Both the position numbers and the translations under genes were made by a program. This document shows, piece after piece, positions 51,561-63,544 of a stretch of 64,000 bases of DNA (the first letter of the stretch is position 1; each line of letters begins with the position of its first letter). The notes under the pieces are model-generated. The model saw nothing but the letters and a program-made list of their open reading frames with translations. It did no database searches and was not told the DNA's origin. The stretch comes from Isurus oxyrinchus. Lineage: Eukaryota. The DNA lies in the NCBI GenBank assembly GCA_026770705.1, contig JANJGN010000358.1:310001-374000 (forward strand), read 5' to 3'.

Positions 51561-52129
51561 GAAGTTAATGTAGGGGAATTATTCTTTATTCAGTTTTTTA
51601 TTCAAAAAAGCGTTATTAGAAAATCGGAAAGTTAAATGAGTGTGCAATTTCTCAGAGACAGAGAGAGAGAGGAGACAGAGAGTTCAATAAGTTTCAGTGA
51701 GTTAGACTCTGTCTCAGGTAAAGAGATGACAGACATTAAGTAAGTGTGCTGACAAATATGCCCGTCTTAGCAAAGAAATGGTTAGTATCACATGAAGTTC
51801 TGAACAAGAGCACACAACAGAATGTACTATCAATAAATATTTACGATATTAGGCGATCTGTAGTTACAGGCTGAATAAGAGAAAATAAAAAAAGCTGAAC
51901 CATTCTGGTGAAGATAAGTCTTTTATCTTTGCGGAATGACGCAGCATGATTTCTTTTCACACAGACACACAGAAAAGGCGATGTCTCATATGTAATACTG
52001 TTGGTTGTAATGAAAATTAATATCAGGAGCTACGCGGAACAACCAGTCAGTGGGAAACTTCTAGTTTTAGGCCAAAGTCAGAGGCCCATTTCTAATTCAA
52101 CATCCACCTTATAGAGACATAGACAAGTG

Positions 52130-53420
52130 AAATAACAACAGAGACAGAGTCTGGTGTGGTAATTACTGAGACAGGGCCTAGAGCAATTTAAGCAAAGACA
52201 TTACAAGTGCAGTAACAATCGAGACAACATCTAATGTTACTTAAGCAAAGACGTGACTGAGTGCACGAATAACAGGACGGAGACAAGTGCTTTATTAACA
52301 TAAACAGGGTCTACTGCTATAATAGCGGAGACGGAAATAGAGGGCCTGGATCAATATCAAGTGAAATAGGATAGTTAATACAGGCACAGGGCCTAGAGTA
52401 ATTGCTTCCTAGAGAGAGTCTAAGTCATAATAACGGAGACTGCCGCCAGTGTAAGAGAGACAGATATGATCTCGTGGAGTAAAATCAGGGAAAGGGAGAG
52501 TGGAATAGAAGCAGAGACAGAGGTACAAAAACAAAGCCTCTGCAAAGACAGGATCCATTTTAATTGAAAAGACAGACAAGGTCGTGTGTGATACAGGCTG
52601 ATACAGAGTCTAGTGTAACTTGTTCTGAAATGGTCTAGCGGAATATAAATGCAGACATGATTGAGTGTGTTATAAGCAGGGCTGCGATTAGTGGAACAAA
52701 AGTGAGGCAGTGCAGAATGCAGTAATAATTGAGACAGCACCTTGTTTAATACGAACCAGCCTAGTGTAGTAATAACACAGACCGGATCCAGGATAAGAAA
52801 ACTGATACACAGTCTAGTGGAGCTTCACATAATCCAGCACTCTTCGTAATATAATCTGACGCAGTGTCTGGTGAATTAAATACCGGCAAAGGTACGAGAT
52901 TAATAAAAACAGAGGCATGGACAAGTACGGCAATAAGCGAGTAATGGTATTGGACAATAACAATAGAAACAGGGAATTGTGTGTAATGAATGGAGGAATG
53001 TATTGGTGCAGCATTACCTGAGACAGGGTCCAATTTGATAGACACGTGGCAGGTTCTACTGGAGTAATAGCTGAGACAGAGTCTTGTTAAATGCGAATAA
53101 AAACGTGTTCTAGTTTTCTATAACCAGAGACAAGCTCTAGTGCAGTGCCAACTGGGGCATGGCTTATTGTAACTTTAGCCGAGACCTGCTTCAGTGCAGT
53201 AATGACAGATAGTGCCAATTGTATTGTGGCCCTCGTCCAGTGCATACACAACTGTGACTGAGCCAATTGCAGAAACAACTGAGAGATGACCTTCTCTAAT
53301 ATGATCAGAGACATGTCCTAGTGTAATAGAAATAGAAACGGCGTCTAATTTAATATGAACAGAGACAGTGCCAAATGCAGTAATAATTGAGACAGCGCCT
53401 GCTTCATATGATGTGAGCAA
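52130..53420. repeat. Degenerate 27-bp-period array related to the 1-9230 satellite, same orientation
   Basis: Recurring (CT)GAGACAG(G/A)G..TAGTGCAGTAATAA units, e.g. TAATTACTGAGACAGGGCCTAG at 52161 and CTGAGACAGGGTCC at 53018. Confidence 0.7.
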
Positions 53421-53533
53421 TCACGGTTACACTGCCATCAATTGGTCAATCTTGGCTATTACAGGTGTTGCGAAAATGTCGATTCCATTTACTGTTTCTG
53501 AGATCAATGGTTAAAATCAGAAATAATGGAAAA

Positions 53534-53615
53534 CGTAGTCGGCAGGATTTGAACCTGCGCGAGGTAACCCCAATGGATTTCAAGCCCATCTCCTTAACCA
53601 CTCGGCCACGACTAC
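53534..53615 (-). tRNA. tRNA-Ser(TGA), near-intact with a few substitutions; possibly non-functional
   Basis: Reverse complement GTAGTCGTGGCCGAGTGGTTAAGGAGATGGGCTTGAAATCCATTGGGGTTACCTCGCGCAGGTTCAAATCCTGCCGACTACG, followed by TTTT. Confidence 0.85.
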
Positions 53616-55636
53616 AGACCTGAACTGTGCAATATATATATTTCATATATGAAATCATAGAATACTTACAGCAGAGAAAAAGCGTCTTCTTCCTACCCTG
53701 TCACTGCAACAACTCAGCCTTTTCCCCGTAACCCTGCAATTTATACTGTCCCTCCTCGTTCTCCCTCCCAAACTGGGAATGAAAGAGAGAGAATGAAAGA
53801 GGAAGAGAAGTGATGGGTTTTGTAGATCTCAGGGAAAAGAGACTTCAGGAACAGTTCATGGTGACAGTTCACACAGCAACAAGAAAACAACATTCCCTGA
53901 GGAGGGCCAGGAGTGGGAGCGTGTTTAGTTCAAACACAGAAGACTTGTTCAGCCAATAACAGCATCGAGTGTGTTAGCCATAAACGTGAAGTGAACAGTG
54001 AGGTGAAATAGTGCCACAAGATGTGGATGTGCAACTTTCAATTTCCAAGACCCACCCTCCTCATCAATGCGGCTCCTCTGAAACTTTCAAGGTAAATGTT
54101 GATCCTTTATAAGGTGCCGTTCCCAGAACGAGACACAGTCCTCCAGGTGTGATCTAACCAGGGCTTTGTATAACTGCAGCAAACCTTTCCCTCTTTCCTA
54201 TAACAGCCTCTGTAACAGGTTGTACAGACAGGTGGATTAGATTGTATCGATCGAATAAGAAAAATAAGGAGATGCTTCATCAGACTAAAATTCCTTTTCA
54301 AATTCCATTTGAAATGAACTTAATTTTTTTGAAAGCTGTGTAAGAATCCCCAGCCTAACTCTTCATGTCACTGGGCCAGGGAAACTTTGTTAACTTTCAC
54401 ACACTGAGCATGGACACGGCAGCAGCTCCTGCACCTCTTTCAATATTGTTTTTCTTAATTCAGAGTTTTCGAAAGGGAATTGGACAATGACTTGAAAGGG
54501 AGAAAAACGTTCAGGATGATGGAGAAAGAGAAGGAAATTGAGACTAATTGGAAAGAACATAGTAAGGTGCTGGTAATGATATGATGGTTTAAATGGTCTC
54601 CTCGCACACTCTGCCACTTTATGATGACATCATCAGATTAATTTGATCACAACATTTCTAAATTTGCCACCCGAATTCCATTTCTGTAAAACAAAGACCC
54701 AAAGTGCGGCAGCAGGACCTCACAGTTTAACATAGTGTGCAGGTGCCTCTGGCTTTGTCAGGTATTGTTCTGTAGGGGAGTGGTTATCACATGTGCATGA
54801 AATCACCAAGCCTCCTTAGACAGAACCTTCCAAGCTCACGACAATTACCATCTAGAAAAACAAGGGCAGCAGATAGATGGGAACACGACCATTTGGAATT
54901 TCTCCTGCAAGGCACTCACCCTCTTGACTTTTAAATATGTCGCTGTTTCTTCACTGTTGCTGGGTCAAAATCCTGGAACTCCCTTCCTAACAGCACTCTG
55001 GGTGTACCTGCACCACAGGGACTGCTGCGTTTCAAGAAGGCAGCTCAGCAGCACCTTCTCAAGGGACAATGGGATGGGCAATAAATGCTGGCCCAGCCAG
55101 CGAAGCCCACATCCCGAGAATGTATTACAAACTGTCTGCAGAATTAATCATAAATCTTCTTCTCATCCGTGTTACTAAGAGTTATTTCAGTTGCAAACAT
55201 TCACTAAATTTGGAGTCTGAAACGGAACAATCATTGGCCAAATTGGCGATAATGTTGTTTTCTGGGTCTTTGTCTCTCCTTAGGCCTCTATCACTCTCGG
55301 TGTACATGTCCCTGTGTGTTCCTCTCTGTGTGTCAATGTGGTTCTGTCTCCCGAGCGGTTAAACACATATTTTCCCATCACAAACTTTTTACACATTGGT
55401 TGTGCAGCTTCACATCATAATGTAATAGAGAAAAGTACCCAGATGAAAGGGGAATTTGCAATGTTCTTACATCGTAGATCTTCACCTCTGTATTTGCTCT
55501 TGAGCTGTTGCAATTCTGAGGTCTGATACTAGCTTTTGCTCCATTCATTCTGGTAGAGGTGATAGGCAGGGTTTCTACGTTTTTTATTACTCAAGGTCAT
55601 CCTAGCGATTCGCCCTAAGTTATCAAATTCACTGGT

Positions 55637-55708
55637 TCCTAAGCAGGAATCGAAGCCACGCACTTGACTATGAAATCGAAGAACCGGAGCTATTGGGCCA
55701 CCACAGAA
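55637..55708 (-). pseudogene. Highly degenerate tRNA (probably Glu) relic
   Basis: B-box-like GCTTCGATTCC; sits at the position paralogous to the clear tRNA-Glu 5' half at 61791-61822. Confidence 0.45.
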
Positions 55709-56912
55709 GGTGCTCACAAGCCTCACAACCTGGGTAAGCCATGCTACCTGTGCCTTTTATTTTCATTTCCGACCTCTTTCATTAGAGGCACGTTTCTCCC
55801 CCAAATTGACACGTTTATATAAAACACAAACAACATCCATCGTCAGACAGTTCCGGGTTGTTATTGGGTCCTTAAGCGACAAAGAGAAAATAATCCAACT
55901 CTGCTGTTGCTCAGCGGGTTCCAACAGCAGTGATTTTTTTTATCTGAATATTAATTTAAAATATAATTTAACAACTGACCAACCAGGTACCTACAAATCT
56001 ACGAAATTATTGGTTTCAAATAGACCCGTTAATGATTCTCTCTTCCTCAGCTCCGCAGTGAGTGAGACAGGGAAAAGCAGAAAAGCAGCAATATTCCGGC
56101 CCCGCACTCTCCAATCAGCCGCTGCCAGCAAACAGATACATTCACTTTCCTGAGTGTTTATTCTGTGAAATGGTGAAGGGCGAATCTAAGACGCTTGTAA
56201 GTTACTGTGCTCAGTTAATATCCAACAACAAACAGGAACAAGGCAGTTTTCCTCTCACTTAAAAGGGCAAGTTTTGATATTGCTTCTGCATTAATAACTT
56301 ATATTGATAAAGTGCATTTAATTTGTTGAAACGTCACGAGGCGTCCCCCGTGATCATTATATAACAAAGTGTGACACCGAGACTCATATTCGATCAGAAT
56401 ACTAAAAGCTCGGTCAAAGGGGGAGGCTTTAAAAACTGTCTTAAAGGAGCAAAGTATCGATTTAATGTTCCAGCTAACAGCAATAGTTCTTCTCATTGGT
56501 GAAAGAAGTCTCCTGTGTTCAACCTAAACAGACCAATTAGTCGGAGAAAGTTCTCTCTGGTGAAAAGATCGGGAATGAAAAAAAAAGTGGAAAGTAACCT
56601 CTAAATGCCAAATGTCAAACCTTTCTGGTACTTTCCCTTATGTCTCATGACTGGGGATCGGCGCTTCCATTAGCCCACAGCGAATAGGGTGGAGGGTTTG
56701 GAAATTGAAAGTTACGCATGTGCAGCTTGTGGGACTATTTCACCTCACTGTCGATTTCATGTTCCAGCTCACAGAAACCGTTGTTTTTATTGGCTGAAGA
56801 ATTCGTTTGTGTTAAGGCTAAACAGGCAGTTTTGTGGTGAAAGAGATCTGAACTGAAAAACAATACCCAAAAGCAGCGTGGATAAGCCAAATCTAAAAAC
56901 AGTTGGATAGAT

Positions 56913-56984
56913 TGCCAGGGGGTCTAGTGGTTAGGATTCGGTACTTTCACCGCAGCGGCCCGGGTTCCATTCCCGGTCAGGGAA
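56913..56984 (+). pseudogene. tRNA-Glu(TTC), probably a pseudogene
   Basis: GGTCTAGTGGTTAGGATTCGGTACTTTCACCGCAGCGGCCCGGGTTCCATTCCCGGTCAGGGAA; acceptor-stem and anticodon-stem mismatches. Confidence 0.85.
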
Positions 56985-58604
56985 TTAAGGTTTGTTGAGT
57001 GTAGTCACTTTCTGTTTTCAAACAGCCCCACCGAGAGTTAAAGTTTAGCGTCACAGCAAGAAATGTCACACTTCGAACTAGTCGAGAACAAACAGTAGGG
57101 AAGAAGGGCTGGTTGCAAGGCGAAATATGGGTGGGAGAAGGACGAATGTTACTGTCTTCCATTTGTACCGGCGCAGATATCACTTCTGATCAATCAATTC
57201 CGCTTTGAAAGCAGCGCGCCGGGCCCAATGGGCTCTTTCTACGCTGTAATTTTCTATAATGTTATGTTTCTCAACACCGCCAACACTGCCACTTTATAAC
57301 CCACTCTAGCGAAATGCGCTTTCTTACCTTGTATTCGGCTCGTCGAAACCAAAACACGGAGCAAATTCACCGAGTTTTCCTGTCATTTCCAGCACGAGAT
57401 TAGTCACGAGACTAAATGAGGGACACATTAATGGTGCCGATCCTTCACTGGAGCTCACCGTGTCCAAAGAGCCTGTTATCATCAGCCTGTTAGGCACCTT
57501 CCTGCAGTACATCTGCTGAACAAATATAAGCTTATCACAGCTCTGCTTTCTCCACATTGAAATCCAGTGTAAAAAATGTGAACAATTTCAAAGCTGATTA
57601 ACGTAGACAAGACTGGAAGGAGAGTGTGACTGTGGATAATCGGCACTGTGCACATTCCTGTAATCAGTATCTGGGAGAATCAGGAATTTGAGATCCTGGT
57701 GTGTCTTTACTCTATGGTCTGCAAACCTATCGTGTTGTGTCTTACATTCTCACGAACTGACTGCGTCTGCATCAAGCAGCTAATTGACCTGGGAGCTGTA
57801 CGGGCAGACGGAGCTGGAGACGAGACAGGGACAGAAGCAGAAAGAAACGCGACATGAAAGTGTTTTGAATTTGATGTCTGTCAGTTGGTGCCAATGGTGA
57901 TTTTCTGCCTTGTAGGTGCCACTGAATGAGGTTGTGTTTTTTTTGTTTTAGAGCATCAAGATTGCAAATGACAACAGCCCCCAGCATGGGGCTCCAACAC
58001 ATGACCCTGAAATTAAGTGTTTTATATTCTATTGACTGAGGTAGCCGGGAATGGGGGAAGGAATCCTTCATATCCCAACACATATGGCGACAGACGTTTT
58101 TTTTTTCCACCTGGAGCCTCAGCTTGTTCTGAATCTTAGAGTGGAGAAGGTAATCGACCTACAAATGCCCCAAGGTTGCAATGCATTCCTCTCAATCTCA
58201 ATAACATCATTCCCATCTTCCGCTTCTTAGATGTACCTCCTTCCAAACATTGCAAACTCTCTCTTTCATCTTTCATCCTGATATTTGTCTCTACCATTTT
58301 AACATGAAGTTGCACAACTAATTTAAATAAAGTTAGTGATGGTAAAAATGTGTTCGCCCCTCGGGGAACTGACTCACAGTGACACACTCAGAGGAACACG
58401 GACAAACATATGCACCGAGAGTGACAGAGGGCAAGGGCTTGTCTCTAAGGAGAGGCAAATATCCAGAAAGCAAACATGAAGCCAAGTTTTATTCCAGTTC
58501 CAAGTTTCGTGAGTGTTTTCGTGAAAGAACAGAAATAGAAACCCCCCCAAGTGTTTGGATAGATTTTATTCAATTTAACCGATAATTAACTCTGTCAACA
58601 CACT

Positions 58605-58681
58605 TTAAACCAGGAATAATGAGAAGCGGGGAATCCCAATGGACTTGGGCTCCATCACCTAAACCAATCGGCCACGACAAC
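58605..58681 (-). pseudogene. tRNA-Ser pseudogene (degenerate paralog of 53534-53615)
   Basis: Reverse complement GTTGTCGTGGCCGATTGGTTTAGGTGATGGA..TCCATTGGGATTCCCCGC; flank homologous to 53616-53780. Confidence 0.7.
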
Positions 58682-59362
58682 TGGCTCTGTGCACAGGTTA
58701 ATGTTGATGTTATAAAATCATAAATATCTACAGCAGAGGAAGATGACATTCAGCTCATTTTGACAATGCTGACTGATGGCAAAAGGCATTCAGCTAATTT
58801 GATAACCCCACATTTTCTCTACTGCAATTTAAATTTATATTGTCTCTCCTCGCTCTTCCTGTTAAAATTAAGCATGACAGGCATCTATTTTGACAGTGAG
58901 CTGGCACCTTTTGCATCATTCGCGTTTGTAGTTGTATGTTAAGTGAATGTAATATCTCTCAGTCACATTACATTTCCTCTTCACCATTTCACAGGATAAA
59001 CCCTCAGCAAAGTGAGAAAATCTTTCAGCTGGCAGCGGGTGATTGGAGAGTGGGGGGTCGGAATATTGCTACTTTTCTGCTTTTCCCTGTCTCACTCACT
59101 GTGGAGCTGAGAAAGAGAGAATCATTGACGGGTTTGTTTGAATCCAATAATTTCACAGGTGTCTAATGAGTTAGATGGAATTACATAGTCGTTTATTGTA
59201 TTTTATTGTGTTTGAAATGAACATTCAAAACTAAAACATCGGTGTGGGAACACTGTGGTTAAGGGTAATGTTTGCGGGATAATTTCTTGCAGCTCAAGTA
59301 GCCAATGAGAGCCCGGAACTGAGTGACAATGAAAGCTGATAGGGAGAAAAAAGTGAAATCTT

Positions 59363-59436
59363 CGTCCCTGGGTGGTTCCAAACCAACAACTTTTCAGTTA
59401 ATAATCGAACGTACTAAGCAATTGCGCCACAGAAAT
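59363..59436 (-). pseudogene. tRNA-Asn pseudogene
   Basis: Reverse complement ATTTCTGTGGCGCAATTGCTTAGTACGTTCGATTATTAACTGAAAAGTTG..CCACCCAGGGACG aligns with vertebrate tRNA-Asn(GTT). Confidence 0.8.
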
Positions 59437-60629
59437 TGACGTAAGGCTGATGTGCCAGCTTTCCTAACCCAGGGTGTCAGCGAGTTTAAGCTTCAGATTG
59501 CTGCTACCGGGAGGACAATTATTCTCTTCATTTTTTCTCAAGAGAGGGACATTCACTGCGGATACATGGAAGCAGTCTGATTCCACCCACTCCAGGCACA
59601 TCCATGTCACCGGGAACCAGCTCTGTGACAACAGGTGCCGTCTCCCTTCGAGCCTTTCGGCGTCTTGTCTGTTACCAAGTATTCTGATTGCCCTGAAGCC
59701 GATGTTAGGTTTGAATTCCTGATGTGCAGTAACGAGAATCATTTCAATCCTCAGGTCAGATAACTTCACTGATAACATCAAAGTTAATGTTCCAGCGTCT
59801 TAAAGAAGGGAAAGTTTCCTTGAATGTCTCTGGTCAGTCGAACTGATCACCCTTCATTGCTCCTCGGATTCCGGTTCCCAAAGAGTTTCTAAAGATTCAC
59901 AAAGCTGGACACTGGGTTTTCTGTTTTGGTTCCTTCTCCATTTTCCGCTGCTAACTGACAATATTTTCCAAATATTGAGGAGAGACAGCAAAGTGGCCTC
60001 GAGACCACAATCAGATCCGCCATGATCTTACTGAATGGCAGAGCGGGGTCAAAGGGCTGAATGGCCTCCTCCTGATCCTCATTCCTCTCTTTCCTGTGAC
60101 ACAGCCCGGATCAACCCCTGCCTTCGGAATTAATGGTCAGTTAAATGAAATAAAAACCATCCAACTATTTCCGTGTTTCTTATTTCCGTTCATCTGCAAA
60201 CATTCACTAAATTTTCTGTCTGAAATGGGACAATAATTGGCCATGAAGGTGGCATCGTTGTTTTCTGGGTGTTTGTCACTCTCGGTGTAAAGGTCTGTGT
60301 GTGTCAAAGAGGTTCAGTTTACGAGGGGTTGAACACATTTTCACCATCACAAACTTTAGTCATATTAGCTGTGCAGTTTCACAGTTAAATGTTACAGAGA
60401 AAAATATCAAGACGAAAGATTGAAGAGGAGTTTGCAATGTTTGGAAGGAGGTGCAGCTAAGAAGTGGAAGGTGTGAATGATGTTATTGACGATTGAGGGA
60501 ATGTATTGCAACCTTGGGGCTTTTGGAGGTCGATCACCTTTGAAATTCAGAATTAGCTGATGCTTGAGGTCGAAAACAACAGTGATCTCCATGGACGTTG
60601 GGGTGTGGAATACTTCGCTCTTCTTACAT

Positions 60630-60702
60630 GCCTGGCGAGTTCAGTCGACAGCGGCTGAGGCTCTTAATGCCAGGTTATTGGGTTTGCGACCTATGATCAG
60701 TG
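60630..60702 (+). pseudogene. tRNA-Lys(CTT) pseudogene
   Basis: GCCTGGCGAGTTCAGTCG..TGAGGCTCTTAAT..CAGG..GGGTTTG aligns with the Lys-CTT consensus. Confidence 0.65.
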
Positions 60703-60869
60703 AAATTCCCCTTTTAAACTTTGCTGCTTTCATGGGTGATCCCAGGTCTCCATTCCTCTGGCAGTGTCACCGCTCAAACTGAGTCTTTCTCCATCCCACT
60801 TTGTTAATATCACAGCTGCTGGTTTCTGAGTGAAAACTGCTCTCTGCGTCATTGAAAGTCAGAGTATTT

Positions 60870-60928
60870 AATTCTGAGTATTTTGTGCTTTCACCGCTGC
60901 AGCCTAGGTTTAATTCCCGTACAGGGAA
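60870..60928 (+). pseudogene. tRNA-Glu(TTC) 3' remnant
   Basis: GCTTTCACCGCTGCAGCCTAGGTTTAATTCCCGTACAGGGAA. Confidence 0.65.
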
Positions 60929-61790
60929 AACCTTTTCCATTTTGTTGTGTGAACTGTCACAATGAACAGGAATTCCTTATTGAATGAAATCAGATCTGGC
61001 AGCGTCTGTGGAGTGAGAAAGATTTAATCTTTCAGCTGGATGAACCTTCATCGGAGCTGGAAAAGTCAGAGATGTGACAAGTGGAAAACAAGTCCAGAGG
61101 CTGGAGGGAGGGGAGTGAAAGGACAAAAGGGAAGGACTGTGATAGGTTACAAGGCATGAGAGAGAAACTGACTAAAGGGATGATGGTGCAACATGTGGGT
61201 GTGAATGGGACAGATTTTTCTTCCTGCTGTTCAAACTGGGACAAATTTCACTGATCAACCAATCACAACTGCTCTTTCAAAGCAGCAGGCCGGGCCGAAT
61301 GGCCTCTTTCTGCGCTGTAACTTTCTATAATTGTTTCATTTCCATCCTCACTGCTGCTGCCTTCACAATCATTACATCATCTTACAACCCATTCCAGCAA
61401 AATCCACCTTCTTCCCTTGTGTTCTGCTCCTTTAAGGTAATGGGACTGAGTAAATTCAGTGGGAAATTTCCTTCTCATTTAGCACGAGATTTGGAACCAG
61501 ATCTGGGAGATATTTGTGTCAGTGCAAACAATAAAATCTCCCCTATCACCTGTACATCTTCCCATGCACTACCATCTCTATGGTCACTGCTTTTCAGCCT
61601 ATCACAGCCCTTCTCTGATTCCCTATCTTCACCTCTGTATTTGTTCTCGACCTGGTGCACGGGTGACATTTCCGGTTCTGATGCAAAACTCCAGCTCTCA
61701 CTCCACTGATTCAGGCGGAGCTGATATGCGTTTTCAGTTTTCAATCAGGAAGTGATGCACATTTATTTTAATCATTCGCAGGACATTTAT

Positions 61791-61822
61791 AAACGCTGAA
61801 TCCTAACCACTAGACCCACAGG
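61791..61822 (-). pseudogene. tRNA-Glu 5'-half remnant
   Basis: Reverse complement CCTGTGGGTCTAGTGGTTAGGATTCAGCGTTT. Confidence 0.6.
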
Positions 61823-62291
61823 CTTGCAAATTCACAGCCCGGCTTATCCATGCTACCTGTGCATTTTATTTTCATTTCACATCGTTTTCACCAGAGAGAC
61901 TTTTCTCCCACAAAATGATACGTTTATACAGGATACAAACGATTTCTTCAGCCAATGCCAGCAGCGATTGCTGATAGCTGGAGCAGCATTCATTGTCACA
62001 CAATCCCGGGTTGTCATTGGGCCCTTCAGCGACAAAAGAGGACAGAAATCGCCAACTCTCCTGTTACACAGCGAGTTCCAACAGATGTGTTTTTATAGAA
62101 TATTCGTTTTGAATATTCTCCACTCACCGGCTGCCAATTGAAGGATATCCTCACTTTGCTGAGTGTCCACTTTCTTAAAAGACGAAGAGTAAGTGTAATA
62201 CGAATGTGAGATTCTGCATTCAGCTAATATTCAACAAAAAGCCAGGAACAAAGCAACTTTCCCTCTCGCCGAATTGAACAAGTTTCAATAA

Positions 62292-62363
62292 TGTTTCTGC
62301 CTGTTTTTGACCGGGGACCTTTCGCGTGTAAGGCGAATGTGATAACCACTACACTACAGAAAC
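62292..62363 (-). pseudogene. tRNA-Val pseudogene (anticodon reads TAC, T-arm damaged)
   Basis: Reverse complement GTTTCTGTAGTGTAGTGGTTATCACATTCGCCTTACACGCGAAAGGTCCCCGGTCAAAAACAGGCAGAAACA. Confidence 0.85.
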
Positions 62364-63026
62364 TTCATACACCATGAGTCAAGTGCACCTGACTAAAATG
62401 CAGTTCCACAGCAGCACTTTGGGTCCATGTTTTGAAGAAATGGAATTCGGCTGTTCTCATCAGGAATGCTGCAGACAGACTGATCAACAATGTCATCATC
62501 AAATGGCACAGCGTGTTGGAGAATCATTAGATCATCGCAGCTTCTTTTTTAAAGAGCAATCAATTAGTCTCAACATTCTTCTCTCTTTCCATAAGCCTTA
62601 ATTTCTCTATTTCAAGTAACTGTCTAATTCACTTTTGAAGAAGGAGTTTCTGCAGAATCCATGCATAGTTTTCCTGACCCAGTGACATGGAGATTTGGAC
62701 TTGGGTTCCTTCCAGACCCTCGAGGAGTTGATCCTAATCTCAGCGCTGCCACAATTTGTGTCACATTCCCACTTTTGCGCACTTTAGGAATTCCCTGTCG
62801 GAGAACAAGAGGGGTCTCTAGTTTAATATAGGGCGGGTTGTGGTCCTTTATGTTGTTTGGAAAAGCATGGAGAGGCAATACAAATATAAATTGTTGGGGT
62901 AAAGGCGGGTGTGTGGAATCGGTAGAGCTGCTCTTCCAGAGAGCCAGCACAGACACGATGGGCCGATTGACTTATTTTGCAGTCACCTCTGATTTCATAA
63001 GGACACATTTGAGCTCGCAAGCAGCT

Positions 63027-63108
63027 GTTAGTCGAGCTGAATGTTTAAGGTGACGGATTTGAAATCCATTGGTTTCTCCCCCTGTAGGTTTGAATCCTGC
63101 TGACTACA
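63027..63108 (+). pseudogene. tRNA-Ser(TGA) pseudogene
   Basis: TAGTCGAGCTGAATGTTTAAGGTGACGGATTTGAAATCCATTGG..GTAGGTTTGAATCCTGCTGACTACA. Confidence 0.8.
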
Positions 63109-63371
63109 GTTCACATTCTTCCTCATTTTAACCAGGTGCCGCCAACCTCATCCCTGCGGCTCCTGTGAAACTGACAAGGTGACACACGGCAGAAATTCAT
63201 CTCTGAAAGTTACTGACACACATCAAATTCTGCTGCTTTCATGTCGTATCTTTTAACTTCCTGTTCTCCATCTCAGATATTTTCACGTCTACCAAATGTC
63301 ACCCACCTGGGACTTAGCATCTACCTCAGTCTATTGAATATGGTCGACTTTGCCGTGTGGTCTTAGCTGGT

Positions 63372-63444
63372 GGCTCCATGGCTCAGTGGTTGGAGCACTG
63401 CTCTTGTAAACCAGGGTTTGTGAGTTTGACCTTCATTAGAGCCC
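63372..63444 (+). pseudogene. tRNA-Thr(TGT) pseudogene
   Basis: GGCTCCATGGCTCAGTGGTTGGAGCACTGCTCTTGTAAACCAGGG; 3' half degenerate. Confidence 0.8.
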
Positions 63445-63544
63445 ACCATTAACCTTTAGCTGAGAATACAAAGCTGAAAAACTGCAGAACAATATATAAG
63501 AAGAAAAAGCAAAGTACTGTGGTGAAGCATTTTGCTTTTAAGTT

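Noticed and set aside
55637-55708. Possible selenocysteine/suppressor tRNA (TCA in the loop region)
   Set aside because: No long variable arm or stable stems; positional paralogy indicates a decayed tRNA-Glu
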